A DNA stretch of 64,000 nucleotides from Octopus sinensis (taxonomy: Eukaryota), in the NCBI RefSeq assembly GCF_006345805.1, contig NC_043015.1, positions 43,338,001 to 43,402,000 of the forward strand. The letters are read 5' to 3'. The translations under genes and the position numbers were made by a program. The notes below the pieces were generated by a model. It saw only the letters and a program-made list of their open reading frames with translations, ran no database searches and had not been told where the DNA came from. This document shows, in pieces, positions 38,150 to 53,681 of the stretch. The stretch's first letter is position 1. Each line of letters opens with the position of its first letter.

Positions 38150-39720
38150 AAAACAAGCAACAAGAATAACTCCGGTAAATTGGTACAATTGCCTTGCACT
38201 ACAACATTTTATTAAAAGTTGTAAGTATTACAGCAGATTTAAGATGTTGAGTGCTCTTCAGCCAATTATATAGGTTTTCCAGTAATACAAAAGCTTTCAA
38301 ATCAAGTAGTAACATTTTAGAGAAGGTAGATATACAGATAAAGATGTAGAATTAAATTTTAAGAACATTAGGTTGTGAAGTCCAGCCACTAACTGACCAA
38401 ACTATGGTTTTGTCTAACTGCTATAAGAATTAAAAGTAATAAAGGATTTTTTTAATTGTAGGAATGAGGGTAAGGGATGTTTCAGAATACCATAAAAGGA
38501 ATTCAAGTTAGTTGTAGGATTGAGGTAAGGGAGGTTTCAGAATACCATAAAAGGAATTCAATTTGCCACTAACAAAATGCCAATTACTGCTACTTGGTGA
38601 GAAGAAACTAGATCAGTATCAAAAGGTCATTAATCTCCTTTAAAAAGGTAAGGGAAAAAAACCATCACTTATTATTATGAAGGCATAGCATTTTATAATT
38701 GGGGGATAGCTTTATTAATTTTAAAACTAGATTAGATTTAGAAAAAATTCAATTTCAAGTTTACGGTGAAGTTTTTTTAATCCTCTATGAAAGATAAGTT
38801 GAAGGCTAGTATAGTAATTTCTTATTATCATTATAATAAAAGTTAAAATTTGAAAAATATAGGAATACTCATAATTTTTATTTAAAGTATTTAAACGTTC
38901 GAGTTGTGGAATGTATGCAAGATATTTCCCAACTCCAGACGATTATTCAACATTCCACAACTCGAACGTTTAAATACTTTAAATAAAAATTATGAGTATT
39001 CCTATATTTTTCAAATTTTAACTTTTATTATAATGATAATAAGAAATATACTATACTAGCCTTCAACTTATCTTTCATAGAGGACTAAAAAACTTCACCG
39101 TAAACTTGAAATTGAATTTCTTTCTAAATCTAATCTAGTTTTAAAATTAATAAAGCTATCCCCCAATTATAAAATACTATGCCTTCTCATAATAATAAGT
39201 GATGGTTTTTTTCCCTACTCTTTTTAAAGGAGATTAATGACCTTTTGATACTGATCTAGTTTCTTCTCACCAAGTAGCAGTAATTGAGATTTTGTTAGTG
39301 GCAACTTGAATTCCTTTTATGGTATTCTGAAACCTCCCTTACCCTCAATCCTACAACTAACTTGAATTCCTTTTATGGTATTCTGAAACATCCCTTACCC
39401 TCATTCCTACAATAAAAAAAATCCTTTATTACTTCTAATTCTTATAGCAGTTAGACAAAACCATAGTTTGGTCAGTTAGTGGCTGGACTTCACAACCTAA
39501 TGTTCTTAAAATTTAACTCTACATCTTTATCTATATATCTACCTTCTCTAAAATGTTACTGCTTGATTTGAAAGCTGTTGTATTACTGGAAAACCTATAT
39601 AATTGGCTGAAGAGCACTCAACATCTTAAATCTGCTGTAATACTTACAACTTTTAATAATAAAATATTGTAGTGCAAAGCAATTGTACCAAATTACCGGA
39701 GTTATTCTTGTTGCTTATTT
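38150..39720. repeat. Long inverted duplication: arms of about 765 bp, 35-nt spacer
   Basis: Left arm ends ...GAGTTGTGGAATGT (38914) and right arm starts ACATTCCACAACTC... (38950). The arms differ by scattered substitutions, and each contains an internal tandem duplication of about 57 bp. Confidence 0.95.
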
Positions 39721-40071
39721 TAGTTATATATATATATAATATATATAATACTCTTACATTTCCTGGACTTGTATGGTTAGAACGTCCTTTCGATAGTTTG
39801 TAATATGTTCGGTTATTGACGGTTTGTTTCAATTCAACTCTTGCATCGAGCTTTTAATTTTTCTCCTGAAATGATACATCTTAAATGCAGACCATTCTCA
39901 TTCTAAGGTATTTGTATCACTTACGAGCCTTGCATTTCCTCTTGAATAAAATACAAAAATACTGATAAAAAAAAATAATCCAATTTTAGAAGGGTAAAAT
40001 TAATTCATGTCAGATGCCAAGGACCTTTGTACAGGGTCTGTACGTATTTCAATACTGTCAGTATATACGCG

Positions 40072-40104
<33 letters not shown>

Positions 40105-40115
40105 TATACTATATA

Positions 40116-40155
<40 letters not shown>

Positions 40156-40675
40156 GAATCCAAAGAAGAAAACACAAAAAACACAACGCGAGGACAAATA
40201 AAGAATGGCACATTTATTTACACATATATGGAAAAGACCACTGGGAGTATACTGTTTGAGGATCTGGTACTGTCCTGATCTTTATCTGCAACAACAGGTC
40301 AAAAGGAGAAAAGACCAACGCCTGGTGTCTATCAACATCTGTAAGTGCCGACTGAGTTGGGTGGAACATTTCGTAAGACTGCTGGCAAACAGCCTCGCCA
40401 ATTATGTCCTTAAGTGTCAAAAGCAACAATACATGTCAGGCTATATTCCAAAATGAACGGGCACCCGACGACCGACAGGGACATTTAGCTGATAAACAAA
40501 CGATGGAACGATGCGCTAAAGGTTTGCCGTTGATCGATCCTGCTGGGGTACTTTGACTGGCTAAGGCATCGCCCATCGCGTGAGTACTTGAATCTGAGTC
40601 TCAGAGTACTTACTCAACAGCGGTTCTAATAGGATATGAAGCATTAATGTCTCGTCTGATAGTCTAGTACTCCTA

Positions 40676-41055
40676 CGTGGAGGCGCAATGGCCCAGTGGT
40701 TAGGACAGCGGACTCGCAGTCGTAGGATCGCGGTTTCGATCCCCAGACCGGGCGTTGTGAGTGTTTATTGAGCGAAAACACCTAAAGCTCTACGAGGCTC
40801 GGCAGGAGGGTGGTGTGATCCCTGCTGTACTCTTTCACCACAACCTTCTCTTACTCTTACTTCCTGTTTCTGTTGTACCTGTATTTCAAAGGGCCGGCTT
40901 TGTCACTCTCTGTGTCACGCTGAATATCCCCGAGAACTACGTTATGGGTACACGTGTCTGTGGAGTGCTCAGCCACTTACACGTTAATTTCACGAGCAGG
41001 CTGTTCCGTTGATCGGATCAACCGGAACCCTCGTCGTCGTAACCGATGGAGTGCT
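40676..41055 (+). mobile_element. tRNA-derived SINE family S3 (full length)
   Basis: GGAGGCGCAATGGCCCAGTGGTTAGG (A box)...GGTTTCGATCCC (B box)...tail CCCTCGTCGTCGTAACCGATGGAGTGC. Confidence 0.85.
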
Positions 41056-43507
41056 TCCATCCAGTACTCCTACTCACATAGTAACCTTGCTTTTTGATAT
41101 CTGTACCTTATAAGTGGGTGTTGTTATTCAATTTTTCAAACGTAGATTCGTATTTTGGTGGAATCTGTTCAAAGAATGCTCTGAAAAGAACACAAGAACT
41201 CATCAATTAAACGTTCAATACACATCACTATACAGATGCATTGTATCAAAATAATTCTGTAGTGTATCAAAACATTCGTGCACAGTGAATATATTGTAAC
41301 CACCTACGAAGGAATAATTCTTATATTCCAAAGCTGATGGTCGAAATCTAATTAAGCGTAACAAAAGTTCTATTCTATGATGCCAATTTATTCTGTGGTA
41401 TTTATAATCTCAACCTGATCATTCAAATCATAGATGTTGTTTACTTGAGGCAACTCCAAAGATGAGGAATATTATATAAAATGTCGTAGTTATATGAGTT
41501 TAATTGTGTTTTAAACAATACGGATATTTATGTAAAGTTTTTCAACATTACCATTTAGATATAGAATCACCATAAGTTTGGAACAAAAACTTCTTGTGGC
41601 GTGTGTCAAAAGCAGCGTACGATTAAATGTCTTTATAGATTAAAGTTTGAATATTTCAATTATATCACAATAAACCGTTTTGTATTACTCTAGTAGAATT
41701 TCAACAAAGAATCTCTGTCAGACAAACCGATTGTATATATTGCATCATTGCTGCTCTCCCGCGCAATCCGCTGGATCTAATGATCGATTATCTCTCACTG
41801 CCTCAGCTACCTGGTTGTGAATAGGTAACAATAGTAGGTGAAACTCATAACTGTGTTTCAAGAGATCATTAGAGTGTCGGATGAAGGACTCGCAGTATAT
41901 GTTTCGATACACGGATACTCGCAAAGGTGAGCTTGTTTTACACCTTTTTGAGATCCGCAAAAGAGTATCGAAAGTACCAACTTAGAGACATGGCCTGGCA
42001 GAAATGTAGGAGCATCGGCCTGCATGCAGTATCTTTCAATCATCTGCATTCCGAGTTCAAATTCACCCTGACCTACTTGCTTAGTAGACCCATTCCATCA
42101 TTAGGTTTAACAATATCAGTGGGCGACTTGAGTATATTTAGCAGATTCCCGACGACGCGTTGTATTCTTCAGCAAGATATTTTATTTCGCGTTGCACCAG
42201 TCCACTAAGCTGTCAAAAGTGAGTTGTACCTGTATTTCAAAGGGCCGGTGTTGTTACATTTTGTGTCATGCTTGCGTTAAGGGTACGTGAGTCTATGGAG
42301 TGCTCAACCTCTTGCACGTTAATTTCATGAGTCAGCCGTTCCGTTGATCGGATCGACTGGAACCCGCGTGCCAGTTTAGTTTACCGGTGGTCATTTAGAA
42401 GGGAAAGAAAGGCCACGAACTGAAAGCTCCGTTAGAGCTAATGCTATGCGGTATTGGTTCGGATGCTTTACGCTGTGAGTTCAAACCTTGCCGAGGTCAA
42501 CTTTACTTCAGATCCTTTCAAGGTTGATAAAGTTAAAATTAGCAGTCAAGTACTTGATTAGATGGTGTTGTTGTACCTCACTCCTTCAAAATATCTGGTC
42601 TTGTGCCTTTATTAGAAACCGTTTGAGAGGGGAAGAGATTTAATGTAATGTAATGGACGGCTACTGTTAATGACAATCCAGGGGCCATCAGGTCTGAGAT
42701 GTTGGAAATGAACGTAATAAGGCGGAAATTAGGTCAGAAGGGCTGCTTTTCATGCGAGTGGGATATTCTGGAGCAAATTATCAAATATCAGGCCATATAC
42801 AGAAAGCGAGTGGGGAGACAGAGGGAGAGAGAAAGAGAGAGAGAGACATTTATTTGAGAAAACGAGAGGGAGAGTGAAAGAGAGAGATAAAAAGAAAGAG
42901 AGAAGAAGAAGTATGAGAGAGAGGAGGTGAAATAGAATTAGAGAAAGATAGAGAGAGACGAAGTAGGAGAGAGAGGGGTGAAATAGAAATAGAGAAAGAC
43001 ATATGCATATAAATATATAAATGAGAGAGAGAGGAAGAGTGAGTATGCGGACAGATCCAGGGAGAGAAAGCGGAAAAGGGATTACGGTTAACAGAAAGTA
43101 AATTTCGGGTACATTGCTTGAGGATTATCTTAGGGTAATTTCTTAGTAAAAAGCCAAAATACCATTCGATTTCAAAATACTATTCATGAGTGAAAAGGTG
43201 ATAAACGTTTTATGGAAACACAGAAAGGTTTATACAGTTTAAAAGCTTTCATTGGGATCGTTCACGAAGAGAGGAAACCTGGATTCTTTTTGCAAAACAG
43301 CGTTAATCCATGATAGATAAAGCTTAACGTTAGAATTGCCATTATCCTATTTGCATTTCCTAAAAGAACCTGTTTTACCTTTTAAACCATTTTAAATTCC
43401 TTACAGCAACGTAGAGTTTGTAGGTCTCATACAGACACATAAACACGCGCACACACGTACATACACATATATACGTACATATAGAAACGTAACCACACAT
43501 ACACATA

Positions 43508-43550
<43 letters not shown>

Positions 43551-43848
43551 GTATATATACACATTTCTTTTATTTCGAACAAACAGACCACAGAACTTAT
43601 TCTGTGAGAGCCAAGTACTTATTCTATCGGATACTTTTGACGAACTGCTAAGTTAAGCGGAAGTAAACATGCCAACATCGGTTAGCAAGCAATGATGATG
43701 GAACAGGCACTGACATACAAATACATACATACTTTTATATATATAAATATGTCTATCTATCTATATCTAGATTATATGTGTATATATATAGTATATATAC
43801 ATGTATGTGAATATTATATATATGTATATATGTATATATGTATATATG

Positions 43849-43903
<55 letters not shown>

Positions 43904-44164
43904 GCTCCGTATGGCTGTCTTTGGTGACGTCCTGTACCCATATGTGCATGTATATATACACATATATATACATGCATTATTTACTTTCAATTATATATAT
44001 ATATATGTATATGTTTGTGTGTGTATTCTCTTATTCCTTTACTAGTTTCAGCCATTTGACTGCGGCTATACTGGAGTACCAACTTGAAGGGTTTTATGTA
44101 TGTATGTATGTATGTATACACACACACATACACACACACACACAAATATATATATATATATGTC

Positions 44165-44600
44165 ATCATCATCGTCATTGTTCGACCGTGGTCGAGACAA
44201 CGGAATTTACCATGCTACGCCAGATTTCAGGGTCCATCATGGCATTACGGAGGTCCTGTTGCTGGATGCCTGTATCCCTGGAGATTACATCAGGGTAGGA
44301 GAGTGTGCGCCCTCTAGTATTGCGAGTAGATGGCTTCCAGAGGAGAAGAGTAGAAATTACCTCTTTTTCAGCTCTACAACTATGTCCAGCAAACTGGACT
44401 CTTCTACCTTTCACAAGAGATGATACAGGTGGTAGTTTCCCATATATTTGCATTTTGGTTGGATGCGCTTCCACGAGAGATTTTGAGCTCTCATAAGGAG
44501 GCGAGTGTAGGTTCCATCCAACCGCCTCTCAAGCTTCTTTGATAACGTCCAGGTTTCTGAGCCATATAGTAGAATTGGTTCGACTGTGGATTTGAAGATT
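44165..44600 (-). mobile_element. RTE-like LINE 3' fragment
   Basis: FKSTVEPILLYGSETWTLSKKLERRLDGTYTRLLMRAQNLSWK, one frameshift, then HPTKMQIYG...RRVQFAGHSCR...LLLWKP...RGR...DTG...AMMDPEIWR; short (GAT)n tail. Confidence 0.85.
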
Positions 44601-44658
44601 TCAAGTTTAAAGTCTCTACTTAGATTTGATGACTATATATATGTATGTATATGCATAT

Positions 44659-44695
<37 letters not shown>

Positions 44696-45454
44696 TAGAT
44701 ATATATCATATAACACACATACAGATGCACATATATATATTCCAATCTCCAATAATCTTTCCATATCCTTCAATGTACGTAGTTGAACGGATGAAATCGA
44801 TATCATCCACTTTTCCTAAAGATACTTCAGAGATAATCCACCGTTTAAGGCTGTTAATAAGATCAAACACTTCCAGCCTCAGCCAAGGTATTTCACATAT
44901 AATCAATGCTATTAAAATATATTAATCCCCACCACTAATTCAACACCCCTATATCTCTCCCCACCTCCACCAAGCTTATTTCTCTCACACTTATAAGGCG
45001 CCCTTCATCTCTGAGTGCCATTGTGCCGTTATTTCTTTATCACATTGCTTTTTCTTATCTTTTTAGAAGTCATTCAGAATATATTTCTTATTTCTCCCTA
45101 TATTTTCTTTGGATACTTGGGCTCTTCCTCTCCCCGCCTCTCACTCTCACCCCCTGCCTCTCCTCGCTTTTCTCTCTCTTTCTCCATGCCTCCCTCTTTC
45201 CCCGACTCTCTTCCACAGTCTGTCTTTCTCCACGCTTCTGCAAAGGAGGTATTAGCTTTGTAGCTCATTTCGGTAGTATAACAATTTACAATGATTTTAG
45301 TAATTCTCAGCCACCCTTCCTCATCTCTCTATTTTCTTTCTTTCACACACATCCTTGTACCAGTCAGTTTTATCTACTATGTCTCTTTCGCTCTCTATCT
45401 CTATGCTTCCACCTATTTCTCTGCTTCCACACACACACATATCTATCTATCCAT

Positions 45455-45549
<95 letters not shown>

Positions 45550-45550
45550 A

Positions 45551-45584
<34 letters not shown>

Positions 45585-45848
45585 CCCAATCTTTTATCTG
45601 TATACATATTACACATAAAATACATGGATACGTATATACATACATACATGCATACATACATATATATATATATATGTATACACACTCACATATACACACC
45701 ACTAATATATACAACATACATATATACATTATAATATACACACATATATACATACATATATAATAGTGTATGTGTGTGCGTGTGTGTGTGTATATATATA
45801 TGCTTACATATATATATATATATATGTATATGTATGTAAATGCATATA

Positions 45849-45918
<70 letters not shown>

Positions 45919-46165
45919 TATAATATAATAAATATATACATTAGAATATGACAGGCAGTTGCAAAGAATCAGGACATTTATGGCAAATTTATAGAAAAAA
46001 ATGAAGAAAAATATATAAATATAGCAAGAAATCGATATTTTCTTTTCAATTAAGTATATACATAGCAACATACACACATATGTATATATATACATACCGA
46101 AATACACTTGCATATATATATATATATAAATTCATAATGTATACATACTTATACTTATATACTAC

Positions 46166-46199
<34 letters not shown>

Positions 46200-46245
46200 G
46201 ATATATATATATATATATACATACTTATACTTATATACATACATA

Positions 46246-46283
<38 letters not shown>

Positions 46284-46454
46284 ATGTATACATACTTATA
46301 CTTATATACATACATACACACACATATATATATATATATACATATAAACATATATATATATACTTATATACATATACATATATATATAGATATAGATATG
46401 CATGTATACATATATTCGTGCATACATACATGCATATATATGTATACATACATA

Positions 46455-46494
<40 letters not shown>

Positions 46495-49325
46495 GTGTGT
46501 GTGTGTATATATGTATGTATAGAAATTGTATATAATAAATTTAAACGCCATTACTACCGTTCTTGCAATTCCCCTCTTTTAATCTGTTTATTTCACATAA
46601 CTCTCCAACAAAATTCTTTGATTTTGTTAATATCTCCTAATAAAGCCAGGCATTTATTTTCTCTTTCCTTTGTTTTGTTTCCTTCAATCTTTTATATCTC
46701 TTTGTATTTCGAAACATAGAATCACCGCTGCAAATCTTTTCTCTAGTACGATAATTTCCCAAGGAGGCAGCGAAGAGTTCTTTGTTGATTAAATGGCCAA
46801 AGTCGAAATCTATTCCAATTACTTACAACCAGTTCCGTGAGGTGGAATTTTCCTCCCTTCATCTAAACACAGGAAGGTTTATAAGAGTTTAACTATTTTA
46901 CAGTTGTTCGTTACGATAACAAGAAACCTAGTTTCTTTCTTTTTGAAGCTATCAGCGCATGATATCTGAAGGTCAACCGGACAGAAGGTATTATCCATGT
47001 GCGATGACTGTTCAGGCATTTCAATGTTTTGAGTGGTAATATTTTCAATAAAACTTACTGGAAACAACAGTGAACAAAAACATTCAAATGGCTGATAAGG
47101 ATTTCAAATACACAATAACTAACTGTAAGTTGTAGATAAACTGTAAGTTGTAGATAAACAGACTGCATTGATATTGTGATGAGCTTGTTGCTTGGAAAAT
47201 ATTCGTATCTTTAAGGCAATAATACTTTTGGTTCATGATAAAGCTATAAAGGTAAAGAGAATATTAAACCTTAGAAAAGAAATAATAATCACACACAATG
47301 CTCAATATATTTAAAGGACTTTGTGGTTAGCAAGAAAGAGATTTAAGTCACTGTTTCATACATACGTAGATTTTGATAAATTGACCTGTGTATTTCATAC
47401 ACACGTTAGCTTTAGATTAACACACACAAGCTTTTAGTCAAACGGTACTGAAACACATACATACACAGACTGTCGAAAATTACTGATTGGAGAATGGTTG
47501 CACGGACAAAAGAACTGATCGAAATATCAGTTGGTCGAATCAACAGTTTGATCTGATTCGAATGCTTCCCACAAACTCTATTTCGTTAAAGACTCCCAAA
47601 GACAAATCTGGTTCATAACAAGGCTACAGTGACATAGAGAGCCAACAATTGAGATTAAATCTTAGGAAAGCAACATTAATCACACAAACGTTAATATATT
47701 TATATATTAACTGAACAGATGAAATAAATGTTAAATCTAGGGGGGTTTGAACTCACAACTTAAAGATAAGGAGTAAATACTACACGGCATCCGTCCGATG
47801 CTTAAACGTTTCTGCTGGTTCGTCGTTCGAGGCTGATGAATTAAATAATAGAACTCAAATGGAAGAAAATGGAAGATAAATTTGATTTTCGAAGGGATTT
47901 CAACTCAGATGCGATAGAGTAACATAAGCACAACGTGGCATTTTTATTGATACTCTAACGGCTCTGCCAGTTCCCCAATCAAACCACTCTTAAATTGTAC
48001 CCTCAACATTTGTCAGACAATTTAATGATTCTGTCATTCCATTACGCTCCTGGAAATTATTGATATTAATATTTGATTACTGGCTTCTTTTAGCTCTACA
48101 GTTATTATGTAGATGTCGCTTTATGCTATAAAACTGTCATTTTTTCTATCTCATATTCTAAGCCAACTTTCTATATTTACTTTGCAATTCATAATAAGTT
48201 TAGTAAGTTACATTAAGGCTGCACTTGACGATATTAAACTTCGTTCGTTGGTGAAAGCGTTGATACGTTGACCAGCTTAACATCTTATTTTCTTAAGGCC
48301 TTCGCTCGCTAAGGATATTAAACCTCCGATGACTTTCCTTAATTGTTCTCGATTCTGAGCTCTATTTACTGTTTCCTTTCGGATTTCGCTGCACCGAGTG
48401 ATATGTTTCCTTCAGAGAAGTTCTTCTTCCAATTCTTTTTGACTTTGAATTAACATCGATAATTCTGTAACTTTGGTTTTGTTTTTCTATGTAGGCGTAT
48501 TGGCCATACGCAAACCAATTATAGCTTCAGAGATGAGGTGGTTCGTATTAATTTAGCCGCTATCTTTTGACCTGTTCAGCATTGAAGGCTCTATCTGGAG
48601 CTTGCATTCTGCTGGCATAGCTTCCATGGTCTTTGAGGTACACAAGCCACGAATGAGCAGTAAGGACTTGACTTCGTGGTGGAGCTTAACATCAATTTAT
48701 AGACATTACGTGTCTTTAACAGTGTCGACTGTTGTAAACATTAGGGCAAGATTCTTGCCCGAGAATGACTACTTTTTTCCCAACCACCAGTCTTGAAGGT
48801 CTGGCAGAGGGTTATGGGTTCCTCTCTCTTCTGTCACTAAATGGTCTAAAGTTTAGCCGTCACTCGCAAGCAAGCATCGTTTAGTTATTTGTGCTAAGTT
48901 ATCGGTAATTGTTTTAGATGACAAGGTAGTAGCGAACAGACACAGTGCCCACCCACCGTCCACCTTCTCGGCTCTTCCACCTTTAACACAGAAGAGTATC
49001 ATAGATGTGACAGGAGGAGAGAAGGTTGTACTATCACCTGGCCGATATTCATTTACGGCTCAGCAGACTGTGGTAAAAGACATGGAATTAAGCGCCTTGC
49101 TTTTGGACACAGTACGTGGCTCGTTCTAGGAATCAAACATCCAATCTTATGAAGCCGAACCTGTTTGAATCATTTAAACGACAACAATAAGGACGATGAC
49201 GACGACGACGACAAAAATGCATAAGAAATAGAACGAAACCCTTCCTCTGTTGCTTTTTATAGAATTCGGTGAAAAACTCAGAGTCAGCAACTGATAATGT
49301 TTCCTTTATTGCACACCTGTATATA

Positions 49326-49580
49326 TTGGGTTGGTGCATAATTATTGCGGCTTTTTTCAACAAATTTTATTCAACAAAGACTATAAAAAAAAACATGTAA
49401 CAAAAGCATCTTTAAATGATTATTCCGGAGCATATTCACCATCTACTTCAATTACTGCTTCCCATTTGCTTGGCAGACAGTCAGACCGTCATTTAAAAAT
49501 GTTCTTGTTAAATATTGTTATGGCTTTTGTCGAAATGTATTTGTTGAAAGAATTACCGCAGTAATTATGCAGCAACCCAA
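49326..49580. mobile_element. Mariner-type MITE
   Basis: TA-TTGGGTTGGTGCATAATTATTGCGG ... CCGCAGTAATTATGCAGCAACCCAA-TA: about 25-bp TIRs with 2 mismatches and a TA duplication. Confidence 0.8.
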
Positions 49581-50939
49581 TACTCGTCTCTTTAAAACTG
49601 TATAGTCATTTGATATACTCTTCACCAACATAAATGTCATTATTAAACAGTACGTATGAACTTCAATAAATACAAGAACATTTACAGAATTACCGATTCA
49701 TTATCCTCTTCATGTTAATTATCAGCTATTTCGCAAGTTGGTTGAATAAGATTTGGATATCATGTCTGACTAGGTTATAAATTTAGTCATCTTGTATTTC
49801 GACTATATACCATTAACGCTATTTGATTCTACAAAAGATTTGCGCCTAATTAAAGACTGATGAATTTACGTCTTGCTAATTGATATCATTCTAATTGAAT
49901 TCAAGGTAAGCGACGTTTCCTATGTATCGAGGATAGAAATGTTACGAAGTGGCTGTTCATTTCATTCATTCTATTCATTCATTCATTCATTCATTCACAT
50001 TGGTAGATATTCATGATTTAATTACTCAATTATATTGAGAGGTAACCATTCACTGAAATAGCCGGACTCTAGGTTGAGTGGTTTTATATATCAAGTTCGG
50101 CGCTCTGTTTCTTGGCTCGCACCAACCCGAGGTTGACGGCGCATTTCTCTCTGGAGAAAATATAATAGGGCTAATTTCACTCGCGTCAGCAACTTCTTTT
50201 TCATTGACCTTTTATGCACCGAATCTAATTTTGATCTGAATGAACATCACATCTACTCTTTTCGTTCTCTGTTAAAAATACAAGACTTTGTTATTTATAT
50301 AAAAGAACTCAGTAAACAAAACATTTCTTGATTTCTGTGAAATCTAGCTGGGATAGAATTAAAATTATTATATACACTTCAATCAGCTTTAGATTACAAT
50401 ACAGGTGTGTATAATATATGCAATGTGTATACAACAGTAGGTGTAATATTATTGTATCTCAAAGAATCTTCTCAAAGTGACTTTTGTATTAAAAAAAAAC
50501 AAAGCTTAGCTCAAAACGTTGGTGGATCAACAGACGTCGTGTTTCAAACTAATTCTGTCTCCTCAGTGATGAATACTCAATACGTTCTGAGCTGAGGCAA
50601 AGATGCTTGCTTCGATATAGAAATCGGTAAAGAAAACAGTCGCAGATTTGTACGAAGACTAGTCAAGCTTGAATTAAATGAATATATACACGCTGGAAAC
50701 AGCTTTAGCCTAAAAAGTCAGTGTTTCTAACATTAATAATGTATAAAGAAGTGTAGTGGGGGCACACACGTATCCTTTATCTGAGACGGTACAAAGTGAT
50801 ATGAGGGTGGTTTGGCTGCTATTTGTATTCGACAAAACAACCACCGTATCGTTGGAATAGCGAAGTAACTAAAGATTTCTGTCAAATTTTGTAGTTTATG
50901 ATCTCTAGAGTAACGTTACGCAATAGGGCGCATAACTCG

Positions 50940-51240
50940 GTGATCAAGGGGTCACTACACATGGAGCTACTACTTCTTCACATTGAGGGGTCACAGTCCC
51001 GGTGCAACGGATATGTAATTAAAATGACGGAAGAAAGAATCGCAACACGGAATTCCTCAAGCCGAATCCACCAGTAGAAGACCAGACTGATTCAGAATGA
51101 AATGTCTGGATAATATCCATAGTCTAATTTTGTCACGCTTGAGGATCCAACCGGAAGGTTTTAATGATGGTTGCTTATGTCAGGACCTTACGGAAGATGG
51201 GCCTGAGGATTCCGGTTCCACGACCTGTCGAGGAATATTG
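50940..51240 (+). mobile_element. Degenerate RTE-like LINE 3' fragment
   Basis: Remnant peptides MTEERIAT... and LDNIHSLILSRLRIQPE... resembling RTE C-termini, with multiple stops and frameshifts. Confidence 0.45.
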
Positions 51241-51750
51241 GGTGGCGAAAATAGTTGGATAGATAACATTTGTTTATATGTTTCTTCTTGTTATTTATAT
51301 ATTTCTGGTTATTTCCTGGTTTCTTTTTTGTACGTTGATAATCAGAAATTAAACTAGAGTGAGCAAACGTTAGACATTCGTGTTCAAACACCAACACAGA
51401 TATATATCAATAAATATAGAAACTCGTTGCTTATATTTTTCTTGATACTGCGAATCTCGCCGTTGAAGATAAAGTATTCAAACGTCACATAGAACTAACA
51501 GTATGATGTTTTCATAAGGCTGGAATTTCATCACTTATATTTTTTTATGCAGTGATCGTGTCACGAGTGATACTAAAATAATTGCAAGTAAGTCATAGGG
51601 TTAACAGTAACGGTATATCACCACCACAACCAATATCGTTAGTATTTTTAAGATGGCGACGTACAGACAGACAAACTGTTTAGCATACTGGGGTAGATGT
51701 AAGCGACTTACTTTTTCTCCAATTTTCAGGCCGAGATTACAGTAAAAAGG

Positions 51751-51810
<60 letters not shown>

Positions 51811-52654
51811 TTATTCTTATTATTATTATTATTATTATTATTGTTGTTGTTGTTGTTGTTGTTGTTATCATTCTTATGGCTGTTGTTTTTGTTAGTGATG
51901 TTGCCGATGTTGATATAATTATTTCTGAGTCCAGACTCGCTACGGCTTATACTGCGACGATCTACCCACTCGGGATACTAATACAGCTGTATTGCAAGTA
52001 AAGAGCCTCTCCGTAAAAGTGAAGCGTTCTCCGGTTTCATTGACTGTTGATTTTTCTAGTGACAGAAATTTCTCGAAGTCTCTCGTTTCAAATTTACTCT
52101 AAGATAACTTTGTAGTAAAAAAGTAAGCAATCTGATACACATTTCAATATATGAATTGAACACAATTGGGATAAACGCTTTTCCTCTCTTCACACACATA
52201 CAGAGAAATATGCACGCACACATAAACAGAGAGCGAGGGAGATAGGGAGAGAGAGAGAGGGGGGAAGGGACAGTGAGACACAGAGAGAAGCAGAGAGAGA
52301 CAGACAGACAGGAAGAGTGAGGAAGAAGTAGAGAGAGAGAGAAAAAGAGATAGGAAGAGAGAGAGAGAGAGAGAAACAGTAAAATGAAAGAAACATGAAA
52401 AACGTCTGACGTCAAATAAGTCAGCGTCGAACCATCGATGTAAATCTTTGCCACTAAAATGGCTAGACCTAAGCGTCTCATACATCTAAAACTAGTGTAT
52501 GAAAATGCGGTAGATGCTGTTAGGTCCTCTTACTACGTTCCAAGTGAGTAACGGTAGTGGTTTGGTTGGTCAAAACTAAAATTTGCATAGCTTTTAGCTT
52601 CGAGTGTTTCATGAGTAAAGAAAGAACGTTTTAGATATGTTTTCTCGATGTAAA

Positions 52655-53255
52655 TTTATTTCTTTATTGCTTACAGGGGGCTAAACATAGAGGGGACAAA
52701 TAATGACAGACAAAGGGATTAAGCCGATTACATCGACCCCAGTCTCTAACTGATACTTATTTAATCGACCTCGAAAGGATGAAAGCAAAGTCGACTTCGA
52801 CGGAATTTGAATTCAAAATGTGACGGCAGACGAAATACCTATTTCCTTACTACCCACAAGGGGCTAAACACAGAGAGGACAAACAAGGACAGATAAACGG
52901 ATTAAGTCGATTATATCGACCCCAGTGCGTAACTGGTACATATTTAATCGACCCTGAAAGGATGAAAGACAAAGTCGACCTCGACGGAACTTGAACTCAG
53001 AACGTAGCGGCAGACGAAATACCTATTTCTTTATTGCCCACAAGGGGCTAAACACAGAGGGGACAAACAAGGACAGACATAGGTATTAAGTCGATTACAT
53101 CGACCCCAGTGCGTAACTGGTACTTAATTAATCGACCCCGAAAGGATGAAAGGAAAAGTCGACCTCGGCGGAATTTGAACTCAGAACGTAACGGCAGAGG
53201 AAATACGGCTACGCAATTCGTCCGACGTGCTAACGTTTCTGCCAGCTCGCCGCCT
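52655..53255 (-). mobile_element. S1 SINE trimer
   Basis: One head and three bodies. Confidence 0.85.
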
Positions 53256-53681
53256 TTATTGCAGTTTCTATCTACCAAATCCACTCACAAGGCTTTGGTC
53301 GGACCGAGGCTATAGTAAAAACCGCTTGCTCAAGATGCTACACAGTAGTAGAGAACATAGAACCATAAGGCTGCGAAGGAAACTTCGCACCACACAGTCA
53401 AGTCAGCAGACGTCAGTTTATATGTCTGATATTTATAATTATATTTTGAGAATATAATAAACTGAATTATATCTCCAAAAATTCAATTATAATTTTCTTG
53501 TATATTTAGTAAATTTTCCTTCAAAGTGGTGTTATTAAATTACGCTTAATTCAATGAGGCGTTCAAATATAGAATGGCTTCCAACCGTAACATATGACTA
53601 GTATATCGTCTTTTCACTGGCAGGTGTTTGTTTTAATAATCGATAAAGATGGGGTGGTGCTTGATTGATTTAAGCAATTTA

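Noticed and set aside
46827-46862. 36-nt candidate micro-exon on the minus strand (TTCCTGTGTTTAG / ATGAAG...CTGGTT / GTAAGT)
   Set aside because: The splice signals look good, but GTAAGT is expected many times by chance in 55 kb of AT-rich DNA and the peptide has no recognisable similarity. It needs RNA evidence.
48280-48500. Possible RTE-like C-terminal remnant (…AQNREQLRKVIGGL…) on the minus strand
   Set aside because: Too short and degenerate to list as a supported feature without alignment.
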